From Candidatus Uhrbacteria bacterium (GTDB taxonomy: Bacteria > Patescibacteriota > Patescibacteriia > GWA2-47-26), in NCBI GenBank assembly GCA_016187515.1, contig JACPJN010000006.1:856-64855 (forward strand): a stretch of 64,000 nucleotides of DNA, in the 5' to 3' direction. Both the position numbers and the translations under genes were made by a program. Each line of letters opens with the position of its first letter. Position 1 is the first letter of the stretch. This document shows, in pieces, positions 54,105 to 62,915 of the stretch. The notes below the pieces were generated by a model that was not told the DNA's origin, made no database searches, and worked only from the letters and a program-made list of their open reading frames with translations.

Positions 54105-54214
54105 GGACATTAAGCGAGTTATTGAGTTATTGAGTTATTGGTTATGAGTTATTATTTGTATTGATCTAACGTACTTAATAACCCAGTAACTAATAACCTA
54201 ATAACTATCACTCT

Positions 54215-54484
54215 ATGATCCGTTTATCCGTTTCCGAAGCCGCTAAATTCTTCGGCCTGGAACAAAAAACCGTGCGCCGCGCCTTAAAGAGCGGCGAGTT
54301 GCGCTATGTGGTAGTTCGCGGCCGCTATCGCATCGCTTTTGAGAGCTTACTGGAATGGTCGCAAAAGCGCCCCCAAGTGCGCAATAAGTTATCCACACAA
54401 GGAGTAGGCCAATTTGTTGGCCAATGGAAAATCCGGAATAAATTATACAGCCCCAACCCAGAAAAGCTTTCTACCAAAGAGTAA
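54215..54484 (+). CDS. Excisionase-family helix-turn-helix DNA-binding protein
   Basis: LSVSEAAKFFGLEQKTVRRALKSGELRYVVVRGRYRI matches excisionase/MerR-superfamily HTH_17-type domains. Confidence 0.6.
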   Translation: MIRLSVSEAAKFFGLEQKTVRRALKSGELRYVVVRGRYRIAFESLLEWSQKRPQVRNKLSTQGVGQFVGQWKIRNKLYSPNPEKLSTKE

Positions 54485-54543
54485 CCAAACTCCTTTACCC
54501 CGCTAAGCAGGGCCTAACCCGGCCATGCTGGACAAAGCCGATA

Positions 54544-55836
54544 TTACTCAATCCGCTGCACTGCCGATAAAGAAGCCAGTTTAATATCTTGATGCACGAT
54601 TTCGGTCGTCTCCACGCTGGTAAAATCCAGGGTGCGGGAGCGGTACTCCGCGTAACCCGGTTTTTCCGCCGTAATATAAAACGCGCCGCGGCCAACCAGA
54701 AACGCGTAACGTCCATGACGATCCGTAATTTGCGTATCTAAAAGTTTGTTGAATTGCCCGTCGAAAATACGGATCACGGCCAAAGCGAGCGGCCGGCCGC
54801 TTAACGCGTCAACCACGGATCCCCAGGGCCGCGGGCGTTTACCCTCGGCGATTCTTCTAAATAAACCCAGGAAACCAAGCTGTACCGCCAAGAGAACCGC
54901 AGTAGTCAGCGTTGGACGAATCGCTAATGCGGCGGCGGCAAAGACCGGCCCGCTCCAAGCCAGACCTTTTTGAACAGCGCGTAAACGCCGGCGCGCGAAA
55001 ATATTCCGAGGAGTCGTCTCGTCTTTTTGAAGCGGATCAATCGGGATGGGCCGGGCGATGGTTGTTGATTTTAGGGTCGCCTCCAAGAGCTCACCGTGAT
55101 AAAGCTCGGTAAAATCCAGGTCGGATTTTTTGTCTTGCAAAAAACCGGAGGGGAAGCTAAATCCCGGCTTCGACACTTCCATCCGATAATTGCCCGGATC
55201 AACCAGAAATAAATACCGCCCCTGCTTGTCACTCACGCGCGTCTGGGTCAGCCGCCCGGTCTGGCCGTTAAATAGCCGCACGACCGCCAAATCCACCGGC
55301 AGCTTAGTCAGGGAGGAATAGATAATCCCCCACTCTTTTCTTCGCCGCCTGGTAAACAAAAGCAGCGGTTGGGTAAAAAACCCTTGCAGATAGATAAGCA
55401 GGGTTCCGAAACCAACCGCGCCAGTGGCCACCGCGGAGGCGGCATTGGCCGCGCCAGATACCGCGATTATCGGGGAAACCAATTCTACGGCGGCTTGCTC
55501 CACCTTCGGATTATCCAGGACTCTTACAATTGCCCGGGTCGTCTGCTCCGGCACTGCCTGGGGAATAACCGGAGCAATAAAACCAGAAACCGGTTCGGAC
55601 TCATCCTCATCCAGACGCGAGGAACAATCCGGATCGTCGGGGTAATCAATCAATTGATCCCCGTCGTTATCCAGTCCATCAAAACAGTCCGGAACAGTTA
55701 CCGTAAACCGCACCGGCGCGTTAAACTGGCCAGCCGGACCGGCCTGGTCCGCCTCCTGTCCTTCTGCCGGATAAGACCACCCCGCCAAAAGCAGAAAAAC
55801 AATTACCCCCAAAAATGAGTAAACAATCTTGCGCAT
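54544..55836 (-). CDS. Membrane protein with two carboxypeptidase-regulatory-like (CarbopepD_reg) beta-sandwich domains
   Basis: Signal/TM N-terminus and two repeats (VRLFNGQTGRL...DKQGRYLF...PGNY and IRIFDGQFNKL...DRHGRYAF...) with central TM helices. Confidence 0.5.
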   Translation of the reverse strand: MRKIVYSFLGVIVFLLLAGWSYPAEGQEADQAGPAGQFNAPVRFTVTVPDCFDGLDNDGDQLIDYPDDPDCSSRLDEDESEPVSGFIAPVIPQAVPEQTTRAIVRVLDNPKVEQAAVELVSPIIAVSGAANAASAVATGAVGFGTLLIYLQGFFTQPLLLFTRRRRKEWGIIYSSLTKLPVDLAVVRLFNGQTGRLTQTRVSDKQGRYLFLVDPGNYRMEVSKPGFSFPSGFLQDKKSDLDFTELYHGELLEATLKSTTIARPIPIDPLQKDETTPRNIFARRRLRAVQKGLAWSGPVFAAAALAIRPTLTTAVLLAVQLGFLGLFRRIAEGKRPRPWGSVVDALSGRPLALAVIRIFDGQFNKLLDTQITDRHGRYAFLVGRGAFYITAEKPGYAEYRSRTLDFTSVETTEIVHQDIKLASLSAVQRIE

Positions 55837-55963
55837 ATGCGATGGTTACCCTCACCCCCGCCCTCTCCCATAAAGGGAGAGGGAGTAATGGTGTTTCGTA
55901 TATCTACATTATAGCATGGCTATCTTTTTTTCCCCAAACTTTGGAATTACGAAACCCAACTTT

Positions 55964-56050
55964 TCCTCCCCTTAAGGTAAGGGGAGGCCAGGAGGGGTTA
56001 TGAGTTTCGTTCGTAACCCCCTCTCGCTCCCCCTTACCCTAAGGGGGAGA
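55964..56050. repeat. Intergenic inverted pair of hairpin units downstream of the giant surface protein gene
   Basis: CCTCCCCTTAAGGTAAGGGGAGGCCAGGAGGGGTTATGAGTTTCGTTCGTAACCCCCTCTCGCTCCCCCTTACCCTAAGGGGGAG. Confidence 0.85.
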
Positions 56051-56157
56051 ACTAAAAACGAGTGAGGCCGAGCACAAACAGCGGGGTGCCCGCTGGGGCA
56101 CCCCGACTGTAGTTTTTGCGCGAGTGGTCTGGGCGCTAGCGGCCCAACCCCTCACCC

Positions 56158-59100
56158 CTACTTATTGATGTACGCCTTGTAGTCCGCGGCGCCTCTCCAG
56201 GCCGAGGCCGGAATGGTCGGGTGCACGGTCTTGCCGCCAAACCGCACGGACTGTTTGATTTCATCCATATTGTATCCGCCGTAAGTATAGGCGTTTACAT
56301 AAGTGTACCACCAACTCTTGGACTGGGCCGTTTTTTGATGGAACAGCCGGTTAAACACTCCGGGCAAAACAATGTTTAGATCCTTGGATAACCCGCGGGC
56401 CAGTCCCTGCTCGGTTGAAAGCGCGCGCACGCGTGCGGCGCCATAAGCATGCGTTCCGGAACGCAGTACTTCCACAGATACGCCTTCAATTGGCGGGGTC
56501 TGGGATACGCTCGGCGCCGGCGCAGCCGCGGTAGCAGCAGCCGGGGTTGCGGCAGTAGTTCCGGTCGTAGCGGCTGGCGTTGCTGTGGTAGCCGGGGTTG
56601 CGGCGGCAGGCGCTGGAGCAGTAACCGTACTGCTCGCGGCGGCCGCAACCGCGATACTCACTTCCTCACTCAAGCGCTGGTTGTTCGAAGTATCGCGCGA
56701 CTTCAAGATATATTTGTAGGTCTTGCCGGCCGCGACTGTGCTATCCACATACTGTCTAACTCCTTTTAGGACCGGGGCGCGCATCTCGCCGGTAACCGCG
56801 GTACCATTACCGTCATTGCGCAAAATCTCAATGCGGGATAGGTCGGTATCGGTTGGATCAGTCCAGGTCAAGGTTACCGAGGTACCGTTGGAGGTCGCGC
56901 GCACATTGGTTGGCGCCCCGGGCGGAGTCAGATCGCTGGAAGAACCGGCCGTGGTGACTACTCCGCCGATAATGCCAAAGGACGAGAAGTGGCTGACCGA
57001 GGCAATCAAGAGATTGTTGGTAGTATCCACAGTGGTCGCCACGGTTTCCCAGGTCTGCGAGGAAGTATTGTAGGAAGCCAGCTGCAACTTTGCCTCGGCC
57101 ACGCCGGCGGAGGACACATCCGCGTCAGTGTAGGGCATGGTAATGGTTACCGGACTGTTGGTGTCGGATACTTTTTTGCCGTTGGCGTCTTGGGGCGTAA
57201 TGTCATAGCCATGGCCGCCGACAAAGTTCTGATCCAGGCCGGGATCAATATCTTTGAGCGTTGGATCGCTCTTCATCTCCACTTTCCCGGTTGAAGAATC
57301 CGTGGTGGAGAAAGCGTTGGTTGGCACATTGATCTCCGGAGCAGTGCCGCTAACCGCCAAATCATTAAACTTCATTAGTCCGCCGGAGGAAAGTCCAAAG
57401 GTGCCGGATCCGCTCTTCTGGGTGTACCCCGAGATTGAATTATCCAGCGCAAGCGTCGGCGCTGATCCGGAAAGCGCGCCGCCAGACACGGTTACCGTGG
57501 AAGCGGTGGATTGTTTGCCATTGTCTCCGACGGCTTTAACGGACCAGACGCCATTGGTCAGATCCAGCGAAGCATTGCCGGTGGTAGAATCAATTTTTCC
57601 GACCACGACCGAATTGCCCTTCGTGGCAATCACCGTGGCTACACCAGTATAAGCCGCGCTTGACTCTTGAACCGGAATAGTAATAATTTCACCAGCGGTC
57701 GCGGAGGTTGGCGTTAACGCCACCGCGCTCGACATCGTCAAGTTGCCGCCGGAAACGCTGGCGGTGGTGGCGGCGGACTCATATCCTTTTTTGGAGACCA
57801 TAACATTATAGACGCCTTCCGGAACGTTCGAACCGGACAAGTTGTTGTTGGTTCCGCTTTGGTTTCCGGTTACCACTTTGAATGACGACTTAGTGGTGGT
57901 ATCGGTAAAGGTTGCCGTAACGCCTTCCAGGTTGCTCGTGCCATCGGTAATCCGTCCGGCCACAGTTCGCAGAGTTGGCACGGTGGCGGTAATTGCCGTG
58001 GTACTGCCGGCCGTAAGCGTAGCGGAGGAGGAGCCCAGCGTAAGCGGGCCGGTCCGGGGACTGCCGCAACGCACCGTATAAGTTCCGGCCGGCGCCTTAA
58101 TTGTGGCCGTACCGCTTTGAATCGGAGCGCCGGAACCTAGACCGGCGGAGTCGCGCGCGTCGCAGAATCCTTCAGTCAAACCGGTCGCGGTTACCGTAAT
58201 CGTGCCCGGGTTGCCGGCAACGGTAAAGTTCTGGGTCTTGGACGTATCGCCGGACGCGAAGGTGACGGTGGCGCGTCCCAGCGGACCCACTCCGGGCGCG
58301 AAGCCATCGCAAGTCATGCTGGTTGAACCGCTCCCAGCCAGTTTTACTTTTATGGAATAGACGCCGTTGGAACCGGTCTGCCCGCCATTGCCGCCGTTTG
58401 AACCATAGCAGTTCACAAACGCGCCGGAAACATTGGATCCGGCTTTGGTGACCGTGCCGGTTACCGTGCCAAAGCCAGTCGAGGTGGCCGCGATGTTCTG
58501 ACCGGTCAGCGAAGTTCCGGCCATGGTGACGGTCTTGGTGCCGACTTCGCCGTAGGACGGCGCAAAGGCGCGAATGCACCACGTGCCGTTGGACACATAC
58601 AGCGTAAAGTTGCCGGAGGAGTCAGTGGGACTGTCCGCAAATCCGCCGGATGGCCGGGAATTGCTAAAGTCGCAAGCATCCGAGCCGGTGGTAATCGTGC
58701 GCTTCTCCGCGCTGACATGCGCGTACTGAATGCCGTTTCCGGATTCATCTTGAATCGCGCCGGAAATCGTGGTGGAGGACTTCACCATCTTTAAGGTAAC
58801 GCCGGTTACATTCACGCCTTTCACATTGGCAATCTGACGCGTGGAAGGCGGAAGTCCTGGCCCGTCCGCGCCAACTTCGTAAGTACCGTCCACGACTGCC
58901 AAGCTAAAGGTTCCGTCGGATTTGGTCTGGGCAAACGCGCCATGGCAGTCCTTAAACTCGCCGGAGGTGGCGTCAAAGCAGCCCACCGGTTCCGCATGCA
59001 CGAACACATTGGCAATGCCGTTGGAGGAGCCGTCCACCACTGTTCCGGTAATGGTGCGATTGGTGGATTGCAAGGCAAAGGTAATGGCTTTGTCCGCGTC

Positions 59101-61944
59101 CATGTTTACGATTTGCGGCTTGGGCGGCATAAAGGTAAAGGTCGGCATTGGCGGCGGACCACCGCTTCCGAACTGTTCAAAGGCCATGTGCGGACCCATC
59201 CCGCAATCATAGTTCTTATCCTGCTGAAGCTTAAGCGTGGTGGTTCCGGAGCCGTCGGCGCCCAAAGTTACGGATTTCATGGACGGCGCGGAAAATTGAA
59301 AGTCAAATCCGCCCGCGGAACAGAACACATCCACCTCGGTACTGGCTGGCCCGCCGGAGATATTAACGGTCAAGGTTTTGGCGTCGGACGCCGTCGCCAT
59401 ATTCTTATACTTGGTATCCACGTCCGTCCGGTTCGCGTTGGATAAGGTAATTGGCTGGAAAGGAGGCGAGCCGCCAACATCCGCCAGTCGGGTGGGATCC
59501 GGCGGGATATTGCAAGAGTACTCGCCCGCGGTTAAACCGGTAATGCTCCAGTCGCCGCTGGCATCCGTGGTGGCTTCTTGAAAACCCATAAAGGCGCTGC
59601 TCGCCGCACCCACCACGAAACCGCCCATTTGATTGCAGAACACCTTAACACTGGCAATTCCGGTGTCGCCTACGCCGCAGGTTCCGCCCGAGGTGGTACC
59701 CTTGCACACGGTTCCGGAAATGGAAAGCGATCCGCCTTGCTGAATGCTAAACGGCGCCGGATTAATGGTTTGACCGATTTTTACTCCGCTATTATCTTTA
59801 ACCACAATGCTTACCCGCAGATTTTCCCCTGGCGTAGTCGGGGTGGTTAGGCGATCCAGTTCAAAATGCACCATGGCGCCGTTTCCAATGGCCGCTCCCA
59901 CGGTCGTGAGCGTTATGGTTTTTGCGCCGGTATCGGTTACGGCCGTGGCGGTAACTGTTCCGCTCTCCGGCCCATTCAAGTCCGTATTCCACTGTGACAG
60001 GGTCGTTGGAACTATCCGCGCGTTGCCGTCCCCGGTGGACAAGGTAAATCCGGACGGGAAAGTCAAAAGTACGGTAGAGCTAACCGGCATGGCGCCCGGC
60101 GCCGGGAATTCACACTCCAGAGAAGTGCCTTTGTTTACCGCGACATTGCGCGGCTGACAGCGCATCGGCTTTTCCCAAAAGGTGGCCGCGGTTTGTCCGC
60201 CCATGCCGCCGAAAAAGTCGTTGCTCGCGGTCGCGCCTCCGCCCAGGAATCCGCCGGTGGTTGCCGCGTTCAAAACCTTGAAGTCCCCCCGATTATTGTT
60301 GCTGGCGGTATCCATGGCATTGCCGGCCAGATCGCGCGCGGTGGTAACGGTAATTCGGCAGGTTTGATCCTGCGGCAAACCCAAGCCGCTAATTTCCAGC
60401 TCTTTAAACTCGGAACGATAGGTAGCCGCTTTGCCGGTCAGCGCGATCGCCACCCCGGTTGGACATTCCAAGGACACATTGGAGGTATTGACATTGCCGC
60501 TCGTGATCAAATCCGCGGACCGCATGGCCTCGTTAAAGTGCACCACCGCTTTATAGTTATCCGCGTCAATATAGGACACTTTGGGACCGCCGGAGACCGG
60601 ATCAGTGGACAAGCCCGTGGTAAAGCAATTCGCGGAAGAAGTTGCCGTAACCGCATTGCCGGAAAGATCTTTTACCCCGCTTGCGCCGCCCACAATTTCA
60701 ATGCAGTACTTCGTACTCGCGGCCAGCGCGTCGCCGGTAATGGGATCCAACCCTACTTCCTTGGCAATATCATCATAGCTAATGGTGAATTTCGTCACAT
60801 CAGTCAGACGCGTGTCCCCGGCTTCGCATCCGGCAGTTCCGGCAGTGGAGTCCTGACACAGACGCACCGTGGACAAAGAAACGGTTGACGGATCCAGCGT
60901 TTCGCCAAAACGCACATCCAGCAGAAGTCCCAACGGCGAAACATTCGTGGCGCCGTCAACCGGAGTGGTCGGAGCCGAAGCGGCCAGCGCGGGCGCGGTG
61001 GAGTCCGCCGCCGCGGTTCGGAAGCGCATGCAATAATCACCCATTAAATTCTGGTTAGCGCTATTTTTAACGGCAAAGGTGTTACCGCTGCCGCGCACGC
61101 ACAAATCATATTCAATCGGCGCCGCTGTCCCGGAAGCCACTTCCAAGTTGGAAGCCGGATTAACCGTTAGCTCGCGCGTTACGGCATTCCAGCTTAACGC
61201 GCAGGTGGTGGAGTTAGTGCATACTTCGGTAGTCGGCACAAAATTTTCAATCTTTTTGATACTGATCGCGCCTTGATTATTCTGAAAGAAATTCAAGTCG
61301 CCGGCAACAGGAGTGACCGCGCCAAAATTCATATTGCCATCCGGACCAGTTGGGAACATCACGATGAGATTGCCACCGGCCGGAAAAGCTATGCCTGGAC
61401 CCGGAGTGGTGCCCATTACCCGCGGCGGAGTAGTATTGGTCCCAGCCATGACGGTTCCGGTGCGGAAAATTCGGGTTACGGCGGAAGCAAGCGCATCATT
61501 GGTGGAACTTTGCACCCCGGTTCCAATCTGAAATCGAAACGTGGTGCTGGCCGCCAGCGCCGCGTGATCACACACGATGCGGGTATTGTTATCCAAAGTT
61601 ACGGCCGTGCAAAGATTGGCCGCGGTATTGGGAGTAGCGCACGCAGTCGCGTCAGTTGCGCCGGTACAGGAATAAAGCGTGACATTGGTGGTATTGACCG
61701 TAGCGGAACTTAGATTTTCCGATCCAGTTATATCAACCAGCGCCAGGTCCGGCACAAACTCCTGACCGTTCTGCGGACCGCCGCCGGAAAGCGTTGGCAC
61801 GCCGGCGCGGCTTACTCCCGCCACGATAAACATACTGACCAACACGAGTGAGGCAATCAAAAAAAGCGTACTAAACGCACGCTTCCCACGACCTTCGGGA
61901 ATTAACGACTTAAACGACGGGACAGAAAGGATTGAATAAGACAT
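56158..61944 (-). CDS. Giant cell-surface protein (1928 aa) with Ig-like/fibronectin-III-like repeats and Thr/Ala-rich linker
   Basis: N-terminal signal-anchor, many beta-rich repeats, an FN3-like segment (PGAPTNVRATSNGTSVTLTWTDPTD) and a TTAT/PA-rich low-complexity linker before a small C-terminal domain. Confidence 0.7.
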   Translation of the reverse strand: MSYSILSVPSFKSLIPEGRGKRAFSTLFLIASLVLVSMFIVAGVSRAGVPTLSGGGPQNGQEFVPDLALVDITGSENLSSATVNTTNVTLYSCTGATDATACATPNTAANLCTAVTLDNNTRIVCDHAALAASTTFRFQIGTGVQSSTNDALASAVTRIFRTGTVMAGTNTTPPRVMGTTPGPGIAFPAGGNLIVMFPTGPDGNMNFGAVTPVAGDLNFFQNNQGAISIKKIENFVPTTEVCTNSTTCALSWNAVTRELTVNPASNLEVASGTAAPIEYDLCVRGSGNTFAVKNSANQNLMGDYCMRFRTAAADSTAPALAASAPTTPVDGATNVSPLGLLLDVRFGETLDPSTVSLSTVRLCQDSTAGTAGCEAGDTRLTDVTKFTISYDDIAKEVGLDPITGDALAASTKYCIEIVGGASGVKDLSGNAVTATSSANCFTTGLSTDPVSGGPKVSYIDADNYKAVVHFNEAMRSADLITSGNVNTSNVSLECPTGVAIALTGKAATYRSEFKELEISGLGLPQDQTCRITVTTARDLAGNAMDTASNNNRGDFKVLNAATTGGFLGGGATASNDFFGGMGGQTAATFWEKPMRCQPRNVAVNKGTSLECEFPAPGAMPVSSTVLLTFPSGFTLSTGDGNARIVPTTLSQWNTDLNGPESGTVTATAVTDTGAKTITLTTVGAAIGNGAMVHFELDRLTTPTTPGENLRVSIVVKDNSGVKIGQTINPAPFSIQQGGSLSISGTVCKGTTSGGTCGVGDTGIASVKVFCNQMGGFVVGAASSAFMGFQEATTDASGDWSITGLTAGEYSCNIPPDPTRLADVGGSPPFQPITLSNANRTDVDTKYKNMATASDAKTLTVNISGGPASTEVDVFCSAGGFDFQFSAPSMKSVTLGADGSGTTTLKLQQDKNYDCGMGPHMAFEQFGSGGPPPMPTFTFMPPKPQIVNMDADKAITFALQSTNRTITGTVVDGSSNGIANVFVHAEPVGCFDATSGEFKDCHGAFAQTKSDGTFSLAVVDGTYEVGADGPGLPPSTRQIANVKGVNVTGVTLKMVKSSTTISGAIQDESGNGIQYAHVSAEKRTITTGSDACDFSNSRPSGGFADSPTDSSGNFTLYVSNGTWCIRAFAPSYGEVGTKTVTMAGTSLTGQNIAATSTGFGTVTGTVTKAGSNVSGAFVNCYGSNGGNGGQTGSNGVYSIKVKLAGSGSTSMTCDGFAPGVGPLGRATVTFASGDTSKTQNFTVAGNPGTITVTATGLTEGFCDARDSAGLGSGAPIQSGTATIKAPAGTYTVRCGSPRTGPLTLGSSSATLTAGSTTAITATVPTLRTVAGRITDGTSNLEGVTATFTDTTTKSSFKVVTGNQSGTNNNLSGSNVPEGVYNVMVSKKGYESAATTASVSGGNLTMSSAVALTPTSATAGEIITIPVQESSAAYTGVATVIATKGNSVVVGKIDSTTGNASLDLTNGVWSVKAVGDNGKQSTASTVTVSGGALSGSAPTLALDNSISGYTQKSGSGTFGLSSGGLMKFNDLAVSGTAPEINVPTNAFSTTDSSTGKVEMKSDPTLKDIDPGLDQNFVGGHGYDITPQDANGKKVSDTNSPVTITMPYTDADVSSAGVAEAKLQLASYNTSSQTWETVATTVDTTNNLLIASVSHFSSFGIIGGVVTTAGSSSDLTPPGAPTNVRATSNGTSVTLTWTDPTDTDLSRIEILRNDGNGTAVTGEMRAPVLKGVRQYVDSTVAAGKTYKYILKSRDTSNNQRLSEEVSIAVAAAASSTVTAPAPAAATPATTATPAATTGTTAATPAAATAAAPAPSVSQTPPIEGVSVEVLRSGTHAYGAARVRALSTEQGLARGLSKDLNIVLPGVFNRLFHQKTAQSKSWWYTYVNAYTYGGYNMDEIKQSVRFGGKTVHPTIPASAWRGAADYKAYINK

Positions 61945-62128
61945 ATAACCTTAAAAAGATTAAATATTCGATTAAAACGTTATCCACAGCGTGGAAACGC
62001 CTAAATTTATATTATTCTATCACATTTTTGCACACCCTATCCAGTGCAAGATGTGGATAACCTTGGTTATTTTGGTTATTCGGCGGTCAAAAAAATAAGA
62101 CGGCGGCCTCCTTAAAAACCTTACTTAC

Positions 62129-62827
62129 TCACCAACTGATCAAAATACTGGGATTCAAAATTTCCCGATTAGTAATGACCATTTTGAGGTTATCCACCAC
62201 AATAAGCTGTTTTCCCGCTAATTGCTGGGCGGTTGGGGTAATGGCCACCTCAAATACCGCGGAATCATCACATTTCACCTCTGACATTTGACATCTGACA
62301 TTCCACCGCACCATCCGCGTTGCCGGTTCATAACTTAAACCTTGCGCTTGCGGCGCAAATCCGGTCCATTCGGCATGGGAGCCCAATTTACCCCCTACCA
62401 CAACACCGGCGCCCGCTCCCGCAACCCTCCAAAACACTTTTAGTCGGGTTTCTTCCCCAACCTTGGGCGGCCATGGTCCGCGGCCTAGTTGCTCGCCCTC
62501 CTTGGAAAAATATAAGGCCTCGGTCTCTAGATATGGTAGAGATGGCTTAATTTGTCCAGAATATAGTGGACTCTTCGTTTCACCCTCTATCTGCACCAAC
62601 TCAATCTCCCTTTCCCCTTGTGGGAAAGGGCTGGGGTAAGGGGTAATCAAATAATCTTCGGGTTTATCCACAGGCGGTGTCTTGACAAATAAAACTATGC
62701 TTATCCCCAAAAGCGCCGCCATCAACACCCCTAACCCAATTTCAAACACGCGATGCCGCCACGGCAGCTTGGTTTCGCAAATCAGATGATTAGGATCAAG
62801 CGGATCATGTTGACAAACAAATTGCAT
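62129..62827 (-). CDS. Hypothetical membrane-anchored protein (232 aa)
   Basis: One TM helix (LGVLMAALLGISIVLFV) and an in-frame hairpin-unit insert (PYPSPFPQGEREIELV at 62600-62640). Confidence 0.4.
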   Translation of the reverse strand: MQFVCQHDPLDPNHLICETKLPWRHRVFEIGLGVLMAALLGISIVLFVKTPPVDKPEDYLITPYPSPFPQGEREIELVQIEGETKSPLYSGQIKPSLPYLETEALYFSKEGEQLGRGPWPPKVGEETRLKVFWRVAGAGAGVVVGGKLGSHAEWTGFAPQAQGLSYEPATRMVRWNVRCQMSEVKCDDSAVFEVAITPTAQQLAGKQLIVVDNLKMVITNREILNPSILISW

Positions 62828-62915
62828 ATTGTTATTGAGTAAATCAGGTAAAGCAAGTAAATCAGGCCCGTCAAGTTTTTGATTTACTTGTCTTGCTTGC
62901 CTCGCTTGATTTACT
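62828..62915. repeat. Family B iteron array between the hypothetical membrane protein and FG-GAP genes
   Basis: GAGTAAATCAGGTAAAGCAAGTAAATCAGG...GATTTACTTGTCTTGCTTGCCTCGCTTGATTTAC. Confidence 0.75.

Noticed and set aside
545-56050. CRISPR array hypothesis for the recurring GC-rich palindromes
   Set aside because: Copies are dispersed over the whole window, often inside genes. They are not separated by uniform-length spacers, vary in sequence and pair as inverted repeats. No cas genes are present.
56376-61713. Numerous 60-230-aa ORFs in both strands inside the 1928-aa surface protein gene
   Set aside because: They are by-products of the long GC-rich, Thr/Ala/Gly-coding sequence. None has independent signals.
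52542-62060. Chromosomal origin (oriC) based on DnaA-box 9-mers
   Set aside because: The boxes are scattered over 10 kb upstream of unrelated genes. No dnaA or dnaN gene or AT-rich DUE with clustered boxes is present.
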